A stretch of 37,061 nucleotides of DNA from an uncultured Actinomycetota bacterium (GTDB taxonomy: Bacteria; Actinomycetota; Humimicrobiia; Humimicrobiales; Humimicrobiaceae), in assembly GCA_964560595.1 (NCBI GenBank), contig CAZLME010000002.1, forward strand, positions 1-37,061, read 5' to 3'. Every line of letters starts with the position of its first letter. The first letter of the stretch is position 1. Below the pieces are notes generated by a model, which had not been told where the DNA came from, made no database searches, and was given only the letters and a program-made list of their open reading frames with translations. The translations under genes and the position numbers were made by a program. Shown one piece after another: positions 9,568 to 19,344 of the stretch.

Positions 9568-10608
9568 TTGATGACGCAGATGTTTGATTTTTTCTTAAAC
9601 GTAATTGGAAGAGACATGGGTATTGATCTGGGAACGGCCAATACACTTGTATATGTTAAGGGCAAAGGAATAGTTCTTGAAGAACCTTCTATTGTCGCCA
9701 TTGATAAAGAAAAGAAAAGAATACTCGCCGTGGGCAAAGAAGCAAAGATTATGGTAGGGAGGACTCCTGATAATATATTAGCAATCAGACCTTTAAAGGA
9801 TGGTGTAATCGCAGACTTTGAAACAACAGAAAAAATGTTAAGGTATTTTATCCAGAAAGTTCATAAAAATATAGCTTTTGCAAGGCCCAGAATAGTTATC
9901 TGCGTACCATCAGGAATTACTCCGGTTGAGAAGAAAGCGGTAATTGAAACTACAGAACAGGCCGGAGCAAGGGCAGCCTATATAATTGAGGAGCCCCTGG
10001 CGGCAGCTATAGGTGCAGGCCTTCCTGTAGATGAGCCCATAGGCAGTATGATTATAGATATAGGAGGCGGAACTTCTGAAGTAGCTGTTATATCGCTGGG
10101 AGGAATAGTAGTGAGCCAGTCACTGCGGATTGGCGGGGATGAAATGGATGAAGCAATAACTTATTATCTTAAAAAAGAACATAACCTTTTTCTTGGTGAA
10201 AGAACTGCAGAGAGGGTAAAAATAGAAATCGGATCTGCGTTCCCTCTTGAAAATGAGGAAAAAATGGAGATAAACGGAAGAGATCTTGTGATGGGTCTTC
10301 CTAAAACAATTATTATTACAAGCCAGCAGATAAGGAAAGCACTTGAAAAAGTGTTAAGCGGTATTATAAATTCCATTGTTGAAGTGCTTGATATCACACC
10401 TCCAGAACTTTCTTCGGATATCATGAAAAGAGGTATTGTAATGGCAGGAGGAGGTTCACTGCTCAAGGGATTGACAGAAAGAATCAGCAGGGAGACACAT
10501 TGTCCGGTATATCTTGCCGAGGACCCGCTGGGGGCAGTGGCCATAGGAGCGGGAAAATGTGTTGAAGACTTTAATACTTTAAAAAAATATCTCAAATATC
10601 CAAGATAA
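9568..10608 (+). CDS. mreB: Rod-shape-determining actin homologue MreB
   Basis: [20 protein letters not shown] and AGGGSLL actin-fold motifs. The likely true start is ATG 9580 (MFDFF...), downstream of AAGGAG (9562-9567). Confidence 0.95.
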   Translation: MMTQMFDFFLNVIGRDMGIDLGTANTLVYVKGKGIVLEEPSIVAIDKEKKRILAVGKEAKIMVGRTPDNILAIRPLKDGVIADFETTEKMLRYFIQKVHKNIAFARPRIVICVPSGITPVEKKAVIETTEQAGARAAYIIEEPLAAAIGAGLPVDEPIGSMIIDIGGGTSEVAVISLGGIVVSQSLRIGGDEMDEAITYYLKKEHNLFLGERTAERVKIEIGSAFPLENEEKMEINGRDLVMGLPKTIIITSQQIRKALEKVLSGIINSIVEVLDITPPELSSDIMKRGIVMAGGGSLLKGLTERISRETHCPVYLAEDPLGAVAIGAGKCVEDFNTLKKYLKYPR

Positions 10609-10640
10609 CTTGTTTTACATTCAATCTATAATATTTACTG

Positions 10641-11450
10641 ATGGTTACATTAAATAGAAGATTTAGAAACTTTATTGTTCTTGGCTTAATAATTATCCTC
10701 TGTCTCGTAGTTATTACAGTCAGCTTCAGAGAATCCGGACTGATCAAAAATATTAAAATCAAAACCGTTGACTTTTTTAAACCGATTCAGGAGAAATTTT
10801 TTTCATTTATAAGCCCGTTTATACACTTTATTAATTCGATAAGGGATTATATAAATTTGAGGGAAAAATACCAGGAGCTTCTTGCTGAAAATGCCAGAAT
10901 GAGAGAAATGAATATAGATAATATAAACCTCAAGGTTGAAAATGACTCTTTAAGAAAATTGCTTGATATAAAGCTAAAGAAGGATTATGAAACTATCACG
11001 GCAAGAGTGATAGGGTTTTATGGGAGCATGTGGCAGTCTGAAATTATTTTAAATATCGGAAGCAGTGAAAGAGTTAGAGAAGGAATGGGAGTAATTAACG
11101 AAGACGGATTAGTCGGAATTGTTATCCAGACTGGCAGTAACTCATGCAATGTAAGACTTATTAACGATCCCCGGAGTGCCATCGGGGTTAGAATATTATC
11201 TTCGAGAGAAGCTGGTATTATAAAAGGCAGCCAGGATGGGAAGATTACATTAGATTATATTCCAAAGGAGGAAACGGTATTTAAAGGGGATATAATAATT
11301 ACATCCGAATACGGTAATTTGCCCGGCGATATTTTAATCGGACGGATAAGCAGGGTTACTGAAAGTGCAGATAACCCCTATAAGATAATTGAAATAGAAC
11401 CTTTTGTTGATTATAAGAAAATAGAGTATGTTATGGTATTAAAGGAATAA
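10641..11450 (+). CDS. mreC: Rod-shape-determining protein MreC
   Basis: 269 aa with an N-terminal TM helix, a coiled-coil segment (ENARMREMNIDNINLKVENDSLRKLL), then beta-rich repeats (GMGVINEDGLVGIV). It lies directly after mreB. Confidence 0.85.
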   Translation: MVTLNRRFRNFIVLGLIIILCLVVITVSFRESGLIKNIKIKTVDFFKPIQEKFFSFISPFIHFINSIRDYINLREKYQELLAENARMREMNIDNINLKVENDSLRKLLDIKLKKDYETITARVIGFYGSMWQSEIILNIGSSERVREGMGVINEDGLVGIVIQTGSNSCNVRLINDPRSAIGVRILSSREAGIIKGSQDGKITLDYIPKEETVFKGDIIITSEYGNLPGDILIGRISRVTESADNPYKIIEIEPFVDYKKIEYVMVLKE

Positions 11451-11491
11451 AAATAAAAATATAAATATCAGGTCAAATAACGGTTTATATA

Positions 11492-12016
11492 ATGAAAATT
11501 TTTTCTAAATTCTTGCATTTTTTTATAATAATAATATGTTTACTGCTGCAGGTAGTTTTTTTTGAATACCTGAAGATGTATTCTATAAATTTTGATTTGA
11601 TCCTGGTAATTATAATAGCGGTTGCTCTGTTTGACGGCACGCTATGGGGGATTTTATATGGATTTGCAGCAGGTATGGCGCTTGATCTTATAGCGGGGAG
11701 TATTGTGGGAATAAGCGCTTTCATTTATGCCATTGATGCCTTTATTGTGAGAAGACTGATAACGGCCGGGTTTAAGTCAATCTGGATGACTTATGTCTTT
11801 ATCGTTTTTTTAATCACAGAATTTAATATTTTAATAACAAATCTGATACATTATTTATTCAATTTTAATATCGACTGGTTTGGAATATCTCTGGAACTGG
11901 CAACCAGGCCATTTTTTAATATTATTTTAATGTTTATAATCTTTCCTCTCATAAGAATAAGTTCCAGCAATGGTGAGGAGGTTGAACTTGGGTTTAAATA
12001 TAAAGACAAGATTTAG
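11492..12016 (+). CDS. mreD: Rod-shape-determining protein MreD
   Basis: 174-aa polytopic membrane protein in the canonical slot after mreC. The call rests mainly on position and hydrophobicity. Confidence 0.7.
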   Translation: MKIFSKFLHFFIIIICLLLQVVFFEYLKMYSINFDLILVIIIAVALFDGTLWGILYGFAAGMALDLIAGSIVGISAFIYAIDAFIVRRLITAGFKSIWMTYVFIVFLITEFNILITNLIHYLFNFNIDWFGISLELATRPFFNIILMFIIFPLIRISSSNGEEVELGFKYKDKI

Positions 12017-13844
12017 GATTATATTCTATCTGCTGATAATAATATTGGTTGTGATGATCTTAAGGCTTTACTTTTTGCAGATAATGAGCGGCGGCCTTTA
12101 TAATGAGTTAGCGGCTCAAAATATTACCAGAGAAAAAACTATCCCGGCTTCGCGCGGTGATATTTATGACTGTAACGGAAAACTATTGGTTAAGAGTGTT
12201 CCGGTTAAAGCAGTAGCTGTGCAGCCTCATGTTATTTTGGAAAATGAGGAAGTTATAAAAGCTCTGAGTGATTGTCTGGGCATACCATATAACCGGATAA
12301 AAACGAAAATAGAAAAAAGCAATGTATCTTATATGGAGAGGGTTATTGTAAAACGGGACATTAATGCGGCTGAGATGATTTATATTGAAGAAAACAGCAG
12401 TAAATTACCGGGAGTGGAAATAATTGATGTATACCTGAGGCAATATAATTATGGCGCCCTTGCGTCACATTTATTGGGATATATAAAAGAGATTGATAAG
12501 GAAGAATTAAAATCAGAAGAATATAAATATAATTATGAGGGCGGAGATCAGATAGGTGCAACCGGTGTGGAAAAAACTTATGAGAGTATACTGAGGGGCA
12601 GGAAAGGGAAAGTAGTATACGAAGTCGATCCTCTGGGAAGACCCGTAAACGTACTGGAAGAAACCAAACCGGTTAAGGGAAGTGACTTATATCTGACCAT
12701 TGATATTGATCTGCAAAGAATCGCGGAGGAAATACTTTATCAGTCTATACTTGAAGTAAGGCAGAAAAAAATTTCACACACTGATGAGTATTATAACGTA
12801 CCGGGAGGAGCGGTCGTAGTGCTCAGTCCGGGTGACGGCCAGATATTAGCCATGGCAAGTTATCCCACTTATAGTCCGGAACTATTTACAGGAGGGATAT
12901 CAGAGGAAGACTGGGATTATCTAAATGACCCCGAAAATTATTACCCTTTACTTAATAGAGCGGTTAAATCTTTCCCGGCAGGCTCAGTGATTAAAATTGT
13001 ACCGGCTTATGCCGGTCTTGCCGAGGGAATAATAAGTGAAAACAGCAGGTTCAACTGTGCCGGAACATGGCTGGTACTTGGAAAAGATTATCCAAAATAC
13101 TGCTGGTCAAAATCGGGCCATGGCAGCCTTAATATTGTAGGAGCTATTAAAAATTCATGCGATATTTACTTCTACAATGTGGGATACGGGCTTTTTTCCA
13201 AATATAATAATACAGAAGAACTGCTTCAAAAATATTTCAGGATTTTTGGATTTGGCTCTTTAACCGGAAGCGCTCTGCCTGATGAGGATGCCGGGCTGGT
13301 TCCTGATAAAGAATGGAAAAAAGATTATTTTAAGGACCTGGAAGGACATACTGCCTGGTTTCCGGGTGATACTGTCAATATGGCTATAGGCCAGGGAGAT
13401 TTACTGGCAACTCCCCTTCAGATGGCCCAGGCTTTTTCAATTATAGCTAACCGTGGTATAAAATACGGACCTCATCTGGGAAAAGAGATAAGAGATAGCG
13501 AAGGTATCATATTTACGGACAATTCGGTAGAGGATTATGAGGATTTAAACTTAAATGAGAATTTTATTGAAACAATAGAAAAAGGGCTGGTGGAAGTAAT
13601 TAAACCGGGCGGAACAGGTTACGGCGCATTTAGCGATTTTCCACTTGATAGCATTCCGGTTGCAGGGAAAACAGGTACCGCAGAATTTTTTGGAAAACAG
13701 GATTACGCCTGGTTTGCAAGTTATGCTCCGGTAGACAATCCCGAGTATGTTATAGTAGCGATGCTTGAAGAGGGAGGTTCCGGGGGAAGTAATGTCGCGC
13801 CGCTTGTAAAGAAAATATATAAATACTTATTTAATATTGATTAA
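11970..13844 (+). CDS. mrdA: Penicillin-binding protein 2 (elongasome transpeptidase)
   Basis: N-terminal TM helix, SxxK (SVIK), SxD (SCD), KTG (AGKTGTAE). The start is probably in-frame TTG 11988, 7 nt after GAGGAGG (11974-11980). The track start ATG 11970 overlaps mreD by 47 nt. Confidence 0.9.
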   Translation: MVRRLNLGLNIKTRFRIIFYLLIIILVVMILRLYFLQIMSGGLYNELAAQNITREKTIPASRGDIYDCNGKLLVKSVPVKAVAVQPHVILENEEVIKALSDCLGIPYNRIKTKIEKSNVSYMERVIVKRDINAAEMIYIEENSSKLPGVEIIDVYLRQYNYGALASHLLGYIKEIDKEELKSEEYKYNYEGGDQIGATGVEKTYESILRGRKGKVVYEVDPLGRPVNVLEETKPVKGSDLYLTIDIDLQRIAEEILYQSILEVRQKKISHTDEYYNVPGGAVVVLSPGDGQILAMASYPTYSPELFTGGISEEDWDYLNDPENYYPLLNRAVKSFPAGSVIKIVPAYAGLAEGIISENSRFNCAGTWLVLGKDYPKYCWSKSGHGSLNIVGAIKNSCDIYFYNVGYGLFSKYNNTEELLQKYFRIFGFGSLTGSALPDEDAGLVPDKEWKKDYFKDLEGHTAWFPGDTVNMAIGQGDLLATPLQMAQAFSIIANRGIKYGPHLGKEIRDSEGIIFTDNSVEDYEDLNLNENFIETIEKGLVEVIKPGGTGYGAFSDFPLDSIPVAGKTGTAEFFGKQDYAWFASYAPVDNPEYVIVAMLEEGGSGGSNVAPLVKKIYKYLFNID

Positions 13845-13863
13845 AAATAATTAGGGATCTGCA

Positions 13864-15063
13864 ATGATAAAAAACAGGAAAAAAAGTCTATATGATTTGG
13901 AAAGTTACAGTAAAGAGAAGAGGATATTAAGATTTGATTTTTTATTATTTTTTCTGGTATTTGCCATTTCTTCTTTTGGAGTTCTTATAATTTACAGCGC
14001 GACAAGGGAAACCCTGCCGGGAGGAGTGACCGACCCTCTGTATTATTTTAAAAGGCAGGCAATATATCTTGCTGTAGGGATTTTTTTATGCATTGCTATT
14101 CAGTTCTTAAATTACAGGATAATTAAGAGATATTTTTTATTGTTTCTTGCTGCAGGTCTTTTACTGCTCCTGGCAGTACTTCTTTTTGGTTTTGAAGTAC
14201 ACGGATCTAGAAGCTGGATAGATTTAAAGTTTACAACTGTCCAGCCTTCGGAATTTTCAAAAATTCTTATGGTAATATGCCTGGCTGCAGTTATGTCAAA
14301 ATGGCGTGGTGAAAAGATATCCCGGGTAACGTTTAAAAAAGTCGCCATCTCGCTGGCTATAGCGTTATCTTTTATAGCATTTGTTTTACTGGAGCCAGAT
14401 TATGGGACTGCACTGATATATTTTGTTATATATATGGGTCTATTATTTTTGTCCGGGGCTAATTTTTTATATTTTCTTTCAATACTGGGATTAGCGGTGG
14501 GAGGAGTTATCTTCGCCCTGAATGCCGATTTTATAAAGCAGTATCAGCTGGATAGGATTCTTGTTTTCCTAAGACCCGACGTATACGCGACAGAAGGTGC
14601 GGGTTATAGTTTGTTCCAGTCAAAGCTGGCAATAGGTTCAGGGGGACTTCTGGGGAAAGGACTTTTCCTGGGAAGGCAAACTAATCTAAATTACGTTCCG
14701 GAACATCATACTGATTTTATTTTTTCCGTCGTCGGGGAAGAATTAGGTTTTTTTGGCGCTGTTATTGTAATACTTCTGCTTGGTATTATTGTCTGGAGAT
14801 GTTTTTATCTGGCTTTAAATTCTTCCGATAATTTTGCAATGCTTCTTGGTTCCGGGGTAGGCCTTATTATTTTATCCCAGATGATTATAAATATAGGTAT
14901 GACCATAGGTATAATGCCCATTATCGGAATTCCCCTGCCGTTTTTAAGCTCCGGGGGCTCTAATCTTATCAGTATGCTTATTGGCATCGGTCTCGTAGAA
15001 AATATCTGCATATGGAGAGAAGTAAGAAAAGAGCATGAAATAGCCTATCAACACTTTAAGTAG
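13864..15063 (+). CDS. rodA: SEDS-family peptidoglycan polymerase RodA
   Basis: 399-aa polytopic FtsW/RodA/SpoVE-type protein (QPSEFSK, PEHHTDFIF, LPFLSSGGS). It lies directly after PBP2. Confidence 0.9.
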   Translation: MIKNRKKSLYDLESYSKEKRILRFDFLLFFLVFAISSFGVLIIYSATRETLPGGVTDPLYYFKRQAIYLAVGIFLCIAIQFLNYRIIKRYFLLFLAAGLLLLLAVLLFGFEVHGSRSWIDLKFTTVQPSEFSKILMVICLAAVMSKWRGEKISRVTFKKVAISLAIALSFIAFVLLEPDYGTALIYFVIYMGLLFLSGANFLYFLSILGLAVGGVIFALNADFIKQYQLDRILVFLRPDVYATEGAGYSLFQSKLAIGSGGLLGKGLFLGRQTNLNYVPEHHTDFIFSVVGEELGFFGAVIVILLLGIIVWRCFYLALNSSDNFAMLLGSGVGLIILSQMIINIGMTIGIMPIIGIPLPFLSSGGSNLISMLIGIGLVENICIWREVRKEHEIAYQHFK

Positions 15064-15082
15064 TCTTATAAGTAAAACAAAC

Positions 15083-16888
15083 ATGAAAGAAATTAAAAGA
15101 TTAAGCTTTGACCTGCTGGAAAAACTTCTGGAAGATATAGAAAAACCCGGGAGATATATAAATAACGAAACCGGGACAAAGAGTAAAAATCCTGAGGCAC
15201 CGGATTATTTCTATGATAAAGTTTTAATGGCTCTGGTATTCCCTGATATATATGAAGTCGGAATGTCAAATCTCGGTCTCCAGATCCTGTATGATATTAT
15301 CAATAAACATAAGGATTTTTCGGTAGAGAGGGTTTTTTCCCCATGGATAGATTTTGAGAAAAAACTAAGGGAGCAGAATACAAAAATATTTTCTCTTGAA
15401 AACAGGATATTTCTTGACTGTTTTGATCTTGTAGGGTTTACGGTCCAGCATGAACTTTTATATACCAATATATTAAACATGCTTGACCTTGGCGGGATAA
15501 AGATAAACTCAAAGCAAAGAGGAGAAAAGTCACCGATTATATGTGCCGGAGGCCCTGCAGTTGTGAATCCCCAGCCAATCTCTAAATTTATGGATTTCTT
15601 TGTCATAGGAGATGGCGAAGACGTGATTACGCGTATTCTGCAGATAGTAAAAGCTTATAAAGAGGGCAGAAAAGAAAAGAAATGGTTTTTAAATGAAATC
15701 AGCGGGCTTGATGGCATATATATTCCTGAATTTTATAAATTTTATTATTACCCCGATGGCCTTATTGAGAAGATTGAGCCGGAAAAGAAGGTTAAAAAAG
15801 CAGTGGTCAAAAATCTTGATAAATTTAAAATAGTCCAGAATCCTGTAATACCCAATATCAAAACAATACATGATAGATTCATAGTAGAGATTATGAGAGG
15901 ATGCGGCAGAGGCTGCCGGTTCTGCCAGGCAGGTTTTATTTACAGACCCGTGCGTAAAAGAGAGGTTGAATCCTTAATCAGGCAGAGTATAGAAGGGATT
16001 AAAAATACGGGTTATGATGAAATTTCTTTTTTATCACTATCCTCATCTGACTATGGAGAAATAGAACATCTGGTTTGCAGGATAGTTGATTCTCAAAAAT
16101 CGGGAAGGTTTTCAGTTTCAATGCCTTCTCTAAGACTGGACAGCTTTAATTTAAGATTGCTGGAGCTCATACAGAGCGGCAGGAAAACGGGCCTTACTTT
16201 TGCCCCGGAAGCAGGAAGCCAGAAAATGAGGGATATAATAAATAAAAACATTAAAGAAAATGAAATGATGGAATGTATAAAAATGGCCTTCGGTAAAGGC
16301 TGGGAGAAAATCAAACTTTATTTTATGATAGGACTGCCGTTTGAAAATAATGAAGATATTCATGGAATAGTAAAACTTATTGAAAAAATAATAGCGGCAG
16401 CGAAAGAAAAACTTCCCGGCAAAAAGTTACCCAGGTTAAAAATAAATGTCAGTATAAATGCGTTTTGCCCCAAGCCTTTTACACCTTTTCAATGGGCGGG
16501 CCAGGACTGCCCGGAAAATCTGGACAGGAAATTTGATTATATCTTAAAAAATATATCAAAAAGGTATGTGGATATCAGGTGGTCCGATTCCCGTAAAAGC
16601 ATAGTGGAATGTGCCCTTTCAAGAGGCGATGAATCAGTCTGTGATGTCATAGAGAGGGCATGGAAAAATGGCGCGAAATTTGATAACTGGTCAGACTTTT
16701 TTAGTTTTGATATCTGGGAAGAAGCATTTAAAAAAGCTGCCCTGGATATTGGTTTCTTTACCACAAGGAATTTTTCAGAAGATGAAGTATTACCGTGGGA
16801 TATGATTGATATAGGAATCAGTAAAAAGTTTTTACTGAAAGAGTATAATAAATCAAAAAAATATGCAGGGTACCATAATAAGATTTAA
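15083..16888 (+). CDS. Radical SAM protein with N-terminal B12-binding-like domain (TIGR03960-type); function unknown
   Basis: 601 aa. Radical-SAM cluster motif CGRGCRFC (CxxxCxxC). The architecture and the adjacent DUF2344-type partner match the TIGR03960/TIGR03936 pair as I remember it. Confidence 0.85.
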   Translation: MKEIKRLSFDLLEKLLEDIEKPGRYINNETGTKSKNPEAPDYFYDKVLMALVFPDIYEVGMSNLGLQILYDIINKHKDFSVERVFSPWIDFEKKLREQNTKIFSLENRIFLDCFDLVGFTVQHELLYTNILNMLDLGGIKINSKQRGEKSPIICAGGPAVVNPQPISKFMDFFVIGDGEDVITRILQIVKAYKEGRKEKKWFLNEISGLDGIYIPEFYKFYYYPDGLIEKIEPEKKVKKAVVKNLDKFKIVQNPVIPNIKTIHDRFIVEIMRGCGRGCRFCQAGFIYRPVRKREVESLIRQSIEGIKNTGYDEISFLSLSSSDYGEIEHLVCRIVDSQKSGRFSVSMPSLRLDSFNLRLLELIQSGRKTGLTFAPEAGSQKMRDIINKNIKENEMMECIKMAFGKGWEKIKLYFMIGLPFENNEDIHGIVKLIEKIIAAAKEKLPGKKLPRLKINVSINAFCPKPFTPFQWAGQDCPENLDRKFDYILKNISKRYVDIRWSDSRKSIVECALSRGDESVCDVIERAWKNGAKFDNWSDFFSFDIWEEAFKKAALDIGFFTTRNFSEDEVLPWDMIDIGISKKFLLKEYNKSKKYAGYHNKI

Positions 16889-17552
16889 ATTTAATAAAAG
16901 GGATGGATTCAAATATCTTTCTCATCTGGATATTTCCAGGATAATTAAGCGTGCTTTAAGCAGGGCTGGATTCAGAGTGGCTTACAGCCAGGGTTATAAT
17001 CCAAAACCGAAAATAAGTTTTAGTCCCCCGACTCCGCTGGGGTTAGAGAGCCTTGCGGAATATGCCGATGTGATCATTGATGAAAATATTGACGGCAATG
17101 AATTTAAAAGAAGAATCAATAAAGAATTAAAAGATGAAATGCAGGTTACCGTAGCAAAAAATCTGTTTATAAAGGCGGGCAGTCTTATGAATGAAATAGC
17201 GGTAAGTCTTTATACTTTTACACTTGATACTTCTTCTTCCAATAAAAGGCTGACGGAGGGATTTCACAGAGATATGGAAAGCAGCTTAATTGAAAAATCC
17301 GGTTTTTTAAATTCCATATATAACTTTGAAGTCATACCTTCTAAAGAAGCTTCTAATATTATTCTTCTAAAACTTTATGGATATGCTAAAATTTTTAAAG
17401 AAAAGAATAACGATTTTTTTAAATTTAATGATTTCTATCCGTTTCTTAAAGAACGGTTACAGGAATACAGAATAAATATCAGTAATGTTAAGAAGGAAGA
17501 ATTGTTTTTAATAGCAGAGGATAAAATTAAAACGCCTGTGGATGTAATTTAG
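16863..17552 (+). CDS. Radical-SAM-linked protein (DUF2344 / TIGR03936-type); function unknown
   Basis: 229 aa. N-terminus FKYLSHLDISRIIKRALSRAG...YSQGYNPKPKISF is typical of the family. It overlaps the radical SAM gene by 26 nt. Confidence 0.8.
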   Translation: MQGTIIRFKFNKRDGFKYLSHLDISRIIKRALSRAGFRVAYSQGYNPKPKISFSPPTPLGLESLAEYADVIIDENIDGNEFKRRINKELKDEMQVTVAKNLFIKAGSLMNEIAVSLYTFTLDTSSSNKRLTEGFHRDMESSLIEKSGFLNSIYNFEVIPSKEASNIILLKLYGYAKIFKEKNNDFFKFNDFYPFLKERLQEYRINISNVKKEELFLIAEDKIKTPVDVI

Positions 17553-17578
17553 ACAGACAGTAAAGGAGAATAAAAAAA

Positions 17579-19249
17579 TTGAAAAAGGAAATGCTAATAA
17601 GTTCAGATATGAATGAGACAAGAGCCGCTATCCTGGAATCAAGGCAGGTTACGCAGCTTTTTTTTGAACGTAAAAGCAAGAAGTCTCTGGTGGGCAACAT
17701 TTATCTTGGTAAGGTAAAAAACATCCTTCCCGGACTGGATGCAGCTTTTGTTGATATCGGCGAAGAGAAGAATGCATTTTTATACGTAAATGAAATAAGT
17801 TCCGATGTTGATAATTATGAAGAAATCCCAAAGAAAATACAGCATATTCTCAAACCCAATCAAATGATACTTGTCCAGGTGACAAAAGATCCGATGAAAA
17901 CAAAAGGAGCCAGACTTACTACTTTTATATCAATTCCCGGGAGATATGTGGTTCTGGCACCCTTTAACAGGGGGACAGGTGTTTCAAAAAAAATTAATAT
18001 AAAAGAAAAGAATAGTTTAAAAAAAATTGTGGAAGAAATCGGAGACAGGGAAGATTACGGGTTAATTGTAAGAACTGCAGCAAAAGAGGCAGATAAGGCT
18101 AAATTAAAAAAGGACTTAAGCCAGCTTGTAAAGAAATGGAAATATATAGATAAGAAAGCCTCTGAGCTTAACCGCCCGACATTGATTTCAAGCGAATATT
18201 CATTAAATATGAAATTAATACGGGATATATTTTCAGAAGATTTTGATTCTATATATGTGGATAAAAAGATAATTAAAAGAGAAATCAGCCGTTACCTGAG
18301 GTCTATCGGAATCAGATATAATAATATAATAGTCCATCATGGGAAGGAAGATTTATTTGAGACTTTTAATGTAAATGAAGTAATAGAGAGTGCTCTGGAA
18401 AGGAAAGTCTGGCTAAAATCCGGCGGATTCATAGTGATTGACCATGGAGAGGCCATGACTACAATCGATGTTAATACCGGTAAATATACTTCCAGCAAGA
18501 GTTCGGCCCAGACTATTTTAAGGACCAATCTTGAAGCAGCCGAGACTATTGCCAGCCAGTTAAGGCTCAGGGATATCGGCGGGATAATAGTGGTTGACTT
18601 TATTGATATGGCCTGTGAGAAGGATAGGAAAAAGGTTTATGAGAGGTTTTTGCTGTGTCTTGAAAACGACAAAACTAAAACTGAAATCCTGCAATTATCG
18701 AGACTGGGACTCCTGGAAATGACAAGGAAAAATGTTTCTGACGGAATTCTCGGGACAATGTGTAAGATATGCCCCGATTGCGGGGGTTCAGGGTTTGTAA
18801 AGTCCCAGGAAACAATAAGGCTTGAAATTGAGAGAAAAATAAGAAAACTTACCAGGGAGAGCAGCTCAAAAGGCTTTTTAATAAAATTGAATCCCTCCAT
18901 AGCGGCCCAGATTATCGGTGCGGATGGGAGAAACTTAAAGCATCTTGAAAATATAACTAAAAAATATATTAATATTAAAGGAGATTCAAAATTACCAATG
19001 GATACTTTTTTAGTGGTTGCCGAGGGTTCAATCAATCAGATAAAAGAAGCGACCCGGCCGTTTAAAACAGGAGATATTCTGAATTTAGTTGTTGAGGAGC
19101 CATATCATCATAATAAAAATGATGCCATATCAAGAGTTGACGGATATGTTGTGCAGGTTATTGATGGAAGAAAACATATGGGGCAGAGAGTAAAAGTAGA
19201 AATTAAATCTGTGTCAAAAACCAGCGCCATAGCAGAGATCCATTATTAA
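17579..19249 (+). CDS. rng: Rne/Rng-family ribonuclease (RNase G-like) with a C-terminal TRAM-like extension
   Basis: S1 domain (VGNIYLGKVKNILPGLDAAFVDIG), catalytic core (TTIDVNTGKY, IIVVDFIDM), Zn-link CPDCGGSG. TTG start at 17579 lies 10 nt after AGGAG (17564-17568). Confidence 0.85.
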   Translation: MKKEMLISSDMNETRAAILESRQVTQLFFERKSKKSLVGNIYLGKVKNILPGLDAAFVDIGEEKNAFLYVNEISSDVDNYEEIPKKIQHILKPNQMILVQVTKDPMKTKGARLTTFISIPGRYVVLAPFNRGTGVSKKINIKEKNSLKKIVEEIGDREDYGLIVRTAAKEADKAKLKKDLSQLVKKWKYIDKKASELNRPTLISSEYSLNMKLIRDIFSEDFDSIYVDKKIIKREISRYLRSIGIRYNNIIVHHGKEDLFETFNVNEVIESALERKVWLKSGGFIVIDHGEAMTTIDVNTGKYTSSKSSAQTILRTNLEAAETIASQLRLRDIGGIIVVDFIDMACEKDRKKVYERFLLCLENDKTKTEILQLSRLGLLEMTRKNVSDGILGTMCKICPDCGGSGFVKSQETIRLEIERKIRKLTRESSSKGFLIKLNPSIAAQIIGADGRNLKHLENITKKYINIKGDSKLPMDTFLVVAEGSINQIKEATRPFKTGDILNLVVEEPYHHNKNDAISRVDGYVVQVIDGRKHMGQRVKVEIKSVSKTSAIAEIHY

Positions 19250-19277
19250 AAAATAATAAATGTAATAAATGTTCAAA

Positions 19278-19307
19278 TTGACAGAGTAATAATGTCTGTG
19301 TTAATAT
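19278..19307 (+). promoter_or_regulatory. Probable sigma-70 promoter of rplU-rpmA
   Basis: TTGACA (19278-19283), 18-nt spacer, TAATAT (19302-19307) preceded by TGt (extended -10). It lies about 40 nt upstream of the rplU start. Confidence 0.45.
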
Positions 19308-19344
19308 TGCAATCTGTAATTGGAAGTGATTATGGAGGATTAAA

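Noticed and set aside
19250-19344. Possible structured L21-leader RNA upstream of rplU; also a 5-bp inverted repeat ACAGA/TCTGT (19281-19299) inside the promoter spacer.
   Set aside because: The predicted -10 box ends at 19307, leaving only about 30 nt of 5' UTR, too short for the known leader. The 5-bp palindrome is too weak to call an operator.
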